Both the position numbers and the translations under genes were made by a program. Under the pieces are notes generated by a model. The model was given only the letters and a program-made list of their open reading frames with translations. It searched no databases and was not told the DNA's origin. Shown here piece after piece: positions 60,654 through 64,000 of a stretch of 64,000 bases of DNA (position 1 is its first letter; the number at the start of each line of letters is the position of its first letter). Source of the stretch: a virus. Lineage: Duplodnaviria > Caudoviricetes. The stretch lies in IMG/VR virus record IMGVR_UViG_3300031994_000004, one strand, 5' to 3'.

Positions 60654-61003
60654 TGGCAAAACAGGACATTTCAAAAGAACAATTTATTCAAATCTGTACT
60701 GAGTATGGATTTGAAATAAGAGAACTTTCCGAACCTTGGAGAACTAATGGTGTTTGGTATGTTGCTTTCATTCCTCATTATGACGCAGCTATTGCCGGTC
60801 ATGTACCTGAAGACCACGAAACAAATGTTTGTGTTAAATTAGATTGTTTGTATGATGGTCCTGTACATTTTCAAACTAGAACAACTTGCCAACCTAGAAC
60901 TGTAGAAAAATTTAAATTCTTTTTGGGAGAAGTAAATAAGACAGTTAAAAATCATATTGTAAATATGAAACTCAGCAAAATGCAAGAGGAGGACTTTCAA
61001 TGA
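60653..61003 (+). CDS. DF-tail family protein
   Basis: Ends KLSKMQEEDFQ. Confidence 0.8.
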   Translation: MAKQDISKEQFIQICTEYGFEIRELSEPWRTNGVWYVAFIPHYDAAIAGHVPEDHETNVCVKLDCLYDGPVHFQTRTTCQPRTVEKFKFFLGEVNKTVKNHIVNMKLSKMQEEDFQ

Positions 61004-61407
61004 GATGGTTAGACGATAAAATCTATACTAATGATATGCTTGAAACGATTGACAAAGAAAAGTTTCCTTTGACATACAAAATGTGTAGTAAGAACAAGTT
61101 TGATACTGGTTCTATTATCGTCCGTAAACTGATTGACCAGGAGATTGACCATCCCATCTGGATTGCGATTTATGAAGAAAGAAAGCCGCAACAATTCCAT
61201 ATTTACTCATTGGAAGTTTATAAAAGTTATCAGTTACAAGATTATGGAAGAAGGGCATTGACAAAGTTCAAAGAAAATGCTAATTTAATAACACTATGTA
61301 GTCTACCGGAAACAAAGGTATTCTACGAAAAACTTGGTTTCAAAGAAGCAGACGAAAGCGGACTTCGTTTTATTTGGAGAAAAAACTTCGGGAGAAAAAA
61401 CAAATGA
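61000..61407 (+). CDS. GNAT-family acetyltransferase
   Basis: LEVYKSYQLQDYGRRAL and FYEKLGF. Confidence 0.75.
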   Translation: MRWLDDKIYTNDMLETIDKEKFPLTYKMCSKNKFDTGSIIVRKLIDQEIDHPIWIAIYEERKPQQFHIYSLEVYKSYQLQDYGRRALTKFKENANLITLCSLPETKVFYEKLGFKEADESGLRFIWRKNFGRKNK

Positions 61408-61766
61408 AAACAACAATTCAAAAGGCAACTTATACTGGAAAGAAAACTGGCGTTCTATTGGAAGTAGAATCTGCTAGTTATTTCAATGATGGTATTAACA
61501 ACCCGAACATTACAGTTGAGGGTACGGCACCGTGTCGGAACAAACGCAGAATTACTTTAACATTAAATGCACCACTTCAACAGTCACAAAGAAGAAGTGA
61601 TTTGTCAAATTTTTTATCTTCTAATTGTGGTGCTTTTGGTATGAGTTTCGCAAAATTTCTTAATGAAGATAAATTTAAGAAGTATGGTGTTTACATTGAC
61701 GGCAATTTTTACAAAGTAGCAACTTTGGATGATTTGCTTGAAGTCAAAAAGGCTATGGGTATCTAA
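61404..61766 (+). CDS. Hypothetical protein
   Basis: GGAG SD, ATGA overlap. Confidence 0.7.
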   Translation: MKTTIQKATYTGKKTGVLLEVESASYFNDGINNPNITVEGTAPCRNKRRITLTLNAPLQQSQRRSDLSNFLSSNCGAFGMSFAKFLNEDKFKKYGVYIDGNFYKVATLDDLLEVKKAMGI

Positions 61767-61975
61767 TGGAAATCGTAATTATAACTGTAGCAGCATTTGC
61801 TTTGATTGGTTTTATCGTTGGTAAAATTATAGACCACTGTTGTAAGCATGAATGGGAAACAGACGAGGTAGTTCATGTCTGCGACCACAATGATTTCTTT
61901 GGTGATTCAAATTATGACAGATACTACTTGCGCTGTAAGAAATGTGGAAAAGTTAAAATAAAGAATATGAAATGA
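61766..61975 (+). CDS. Membrane-anchored small Zn-binding protein
   Basis: TM helix, CKHEW...CKKCGK. Confidence 0.7.
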   Translation: MEIVIITVAAFALIGFIVGKIIDHCCKHEWETDEVVHVCDHNDFFGDSNYDRYYLRCKKCGKVKIKNMK

Positions 61976-62442
61976 TACGTTGGGTTATTACAAAGCACAA
62001 ATATAACGATTATATGTATATGTTTGACCTTAGAGATTTTTGTGTCAAGCAGATGCGAGATATGGAAACAAATATAGCTTATCTTACAACAACACTAACG
62101 CCCTCAAAGGCGTTTTTCAAAGATGTAAAAAAGAAAGTAAAAGAAAAAGGAATTAAGTTCAAAGACAGATGGGTCCGTTATTTTACAACAGAAAATGGAA
62201 GTCATTTCGTTTACGGGTCTTATAGAGGACATTCAATTTTACGCGGTAGAACAAACAACATTGTTATACTGAATGATTTTAATTGTTGTCCTGAACAAAT
62301 ACAAGTAGAAATGGCAAAATGTTATATACCTATGTGGGCGAGTGTATTGTGTACTACAGTTATTATTACAGTAGACGAATCAAAACCAAACGGAAAAATT
62401 ATTGACGATTTAATAAAACAATATGGCTGTTCACACACCTAA
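61972..62442 (+). CDS. Hypothetical protein resembling a fragment of a terminase-type ATPase
   Basis: TENGSHF...LRGRTNNIVILNDF...PNG. Confidence 0.4.
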   Translation: MIRWVITKHKYNDYMYMFDLRDFCVKQMRDMETNIAYLTTTLTPSKAFFKDVKKKVKEKGIKFKDRWVRYFTTENGSHFVYGSYRGHSILRGRTNNIVILNDFNCCPEQIQVEMAKCYIPMWASVLCTTVIITVDESKPNGKIIDDLIKQYGCSHT

Positions 62443-62761
62443 TACAATAGAAAGTTTAAGGATTGCTTGTGCTGAAAAAGGTTGGGATGGATATGATGCC
62501 GAACCAATGCCAGAGATTGTTTTTAAAAGAGCTGAAACAATTCAACCTTATATACCAAAGTATTTTGAACTGTTTCCTGGTGCTGATGGTTCACTACAGT
62601 GGGAATGGCACGAACACAGAAAGAACGGTCACTGGGATATAATAGAAGTTTATCCATCGGAATTTTATTTTACAGACAATGAAGATATAGATAAAGAATT
62701 TAACACACCAGAAGAAATTATAACTTATTTAAAGGAGAAATACAAATGTTTGGCTGGTTAA
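62423..62761 (+). CDS. Hypothetical protein
   Basis: GWDGYDAEP...PGADGSLQWEW motif. Confidence 0.7.
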   Translation: MAVHTPNTIESLRIACAEKGWDGYDAEPMPEIVFKRAETIQPYIPKYFELFPGADGSLQWEWHEHRKNGHWDIIEVYPSEFYFTDNEDIDKEFNTPEEIITYLKEKYKCLAG

Positions 62762-63537
62762 AGAAAGCAAAAGAAACAATAAATCCACCTGATATGCTTG
62801 ATAGAGTTAAAGCATATCTAACTGAGAATGCTCCTGATATTCTTGAAAAATATGAACTCCATTATTATCCTTCGGATTTTCTAAATTCCGGTGTAGAATT
62901 TGAAAATAAGTTCTATCGTAAGGAAAAGCATTGGGAAAAGGACAATACATTCGGTTTCCGTCTGCGTGATTTATGTGGCGGTTGCGTTAATGAATATGAA
63001 ACTATAAATGGTATGGGTTCATTCAGTTCTGTTATTGAAAGTCTTACTATTTTCAAGTCTGACATTAAAAATGATTGGTCTGCTCTTGACAAAAAGATTG
63101 AAATTATGCGAAAGACCGACAAAGAATTTAAAGAATGTTTTGCCGAAGCAAGAAAGTATTTTGATTTGCTAGATGACAATGGTTTGAATGGAATGAACTT
63201 CTCAATTAACTGTATGGATGGAAAGGTTTATAGCATTTCAGTTGTTCCTGGAAATTTCAAGAAGTTCTTTGAGTATGTTAAGCCACAGTTACATTCGGAT
63301 AAAGAAATTGAAGCATACGAAGAATACTGTTATAAGCAATTTAAATTGAATACTGATAAGTGTAATTTAGATGCTTATGGTCCTTCTGTTGCTTTGGATT
63401 TACCATTTGCCTGGCGTCAAGAATTGACAGAACAAGAAAAAATTGACAATGACCCAGATTATGTTTCGGCTAATGCAAGTTGTCAGGATGTGCTTGACAG
63501 AATTAAGAAAACTACTATTGACGAAGAAGACGAATAA
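62746..63537 (+). CDS. Hypothetical protein
   Basis: AAGGAG SD. Confidence 0.7.
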   Translation: MFGWLKKAKETINPPDMLDRVKAYLTENAPDILEKYELHYYPSDFLNSGVEFENKFYRKEKHWEKDNTFGFRLRDLCGGCVNEYETINGMGSFSSVIESLTIFKSDIKNDWSALDKKIEIMRKTDKEFKECFAEARKYFDLLDDNGLNGMNFSINCMDGKVYSISVVPGNFKKFFEYVKPQLHSDKEIEAYEEYCYKQFKLNTDKCNLDAYGPSVALDLPFAWRQELTEQEKIDNDPDYVSANASCQDVLDRIKKTTIDEEDE

Positions 63538-63546
63538 ATCTATATT
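63518..63546 (+). promoter_or_regulatory. Promoter embedded in the upstream gene end
   Basis: TTGACG-N17-TATATT, ATG 6 nt downstream. Confidence 0.65.
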
Positions 63547-63552
63547 AGAACT

Positions 63553-64000
63553 ATGAACTACTTTATTGAACAACTAGAAGAAGAAATTGTGGCACTGAAG
63601 ACATTCGGCGCCACCATTGACAAGTTATGTGAACTGGCTAAAATGAAAGGTCCACATAACACGATTGATGAATGGGAGAAACCAGAACTCTTTGACTGGA
63701 CTAGACACGATACTTTGTTCAGTCAACATTACAAAGATGACACACTTCCTTGTTTGAAGTGGACATCAGTCAATGATTATTGTATGTTCCATACTTTCAC
63801 AGATGGAAAGAATTACTTTAATTTGAATTTGGCAGTTGGTCAGGGCTCGGAAGTATGTTTCTACATTCTTGATGAAGGTCAAGTTACAGATGACATTAAA
63901 GCAAATTGTTCTCAGATTGTAGCTGTTAAGCAATTAGCAGAAGACAAAGTAAAATTTTTGGAACAGAAACTTGCTGAAATGAAGGTAAAAGACCAGTCTA
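63553..64000 (+). CDS. Hypothetical protein, 3'-truncated by the window
   Basis: MNYFIEQLEEEIVALK... open to the end of the window. Confidence 0.65.
   Translation, partial: MNYFIEQLEEEIVALKTFGATIDKLCELAKMKGPHNTIDEWEKPELFDWTRHDTLFSQHYKDDTLPCLKWTSVNDYCMFHTFTDGKNYFNLNLAVGQGSEVCFYILDEGQVTDDIKANCSQIVAVKQLAEDKVKFLEQKLAEMKVKDQS

Overview
This is a 64 kb fragment of a large, AT-rich, T4-like (myovirus-type) dsDNA phage; every credible gene is on the + strand. Bases 1-9440 hold the 3' end of a UvsW-type helicase, then a late block behind a T4-type TATAAATA promoter (two very large putative virion proteins, a smaller one and a gp14-like neck protein). Bases 9440-64000 are an early/accessory region of about 130 mostly small, tightly coupled genes, driven by repeated sigma70-type promoters (TTGACA-N17-TATATT). 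Most of these promoters carry a TGTAAA-N6-TTTACA palindrome at a fixed distance, and many have a terminator-like hairpin written over the -35 box. Two systems stand out. (1) By manual count, 52 highly divergent small proteins end in the same helical tag, [KR]-[LIM]-x-x-[ILM]-x-x-D-F, at or within 3 residues of the C-terminus, suggesting a variable-domain/constant-docking-tail family. (2) A complete deamidating NAD+ salvage route (PncA, PncB, NadD-Nudix, NadE) is present, different from the described phage NARP1/NARP2 pathways, together with CoaD, CoaE and an NAD-dependent DNA ligase split into two separately promoted genes. Also present: GroEL, Hsp20, M18 aminopeptidase, an SLT transglycosylase, a GIY-YIG endonuclease with a structured leader, Nudix, PTP-like, GNAT and AEP-like genes. 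All calls come from motif recognition by eye; no database search was run.
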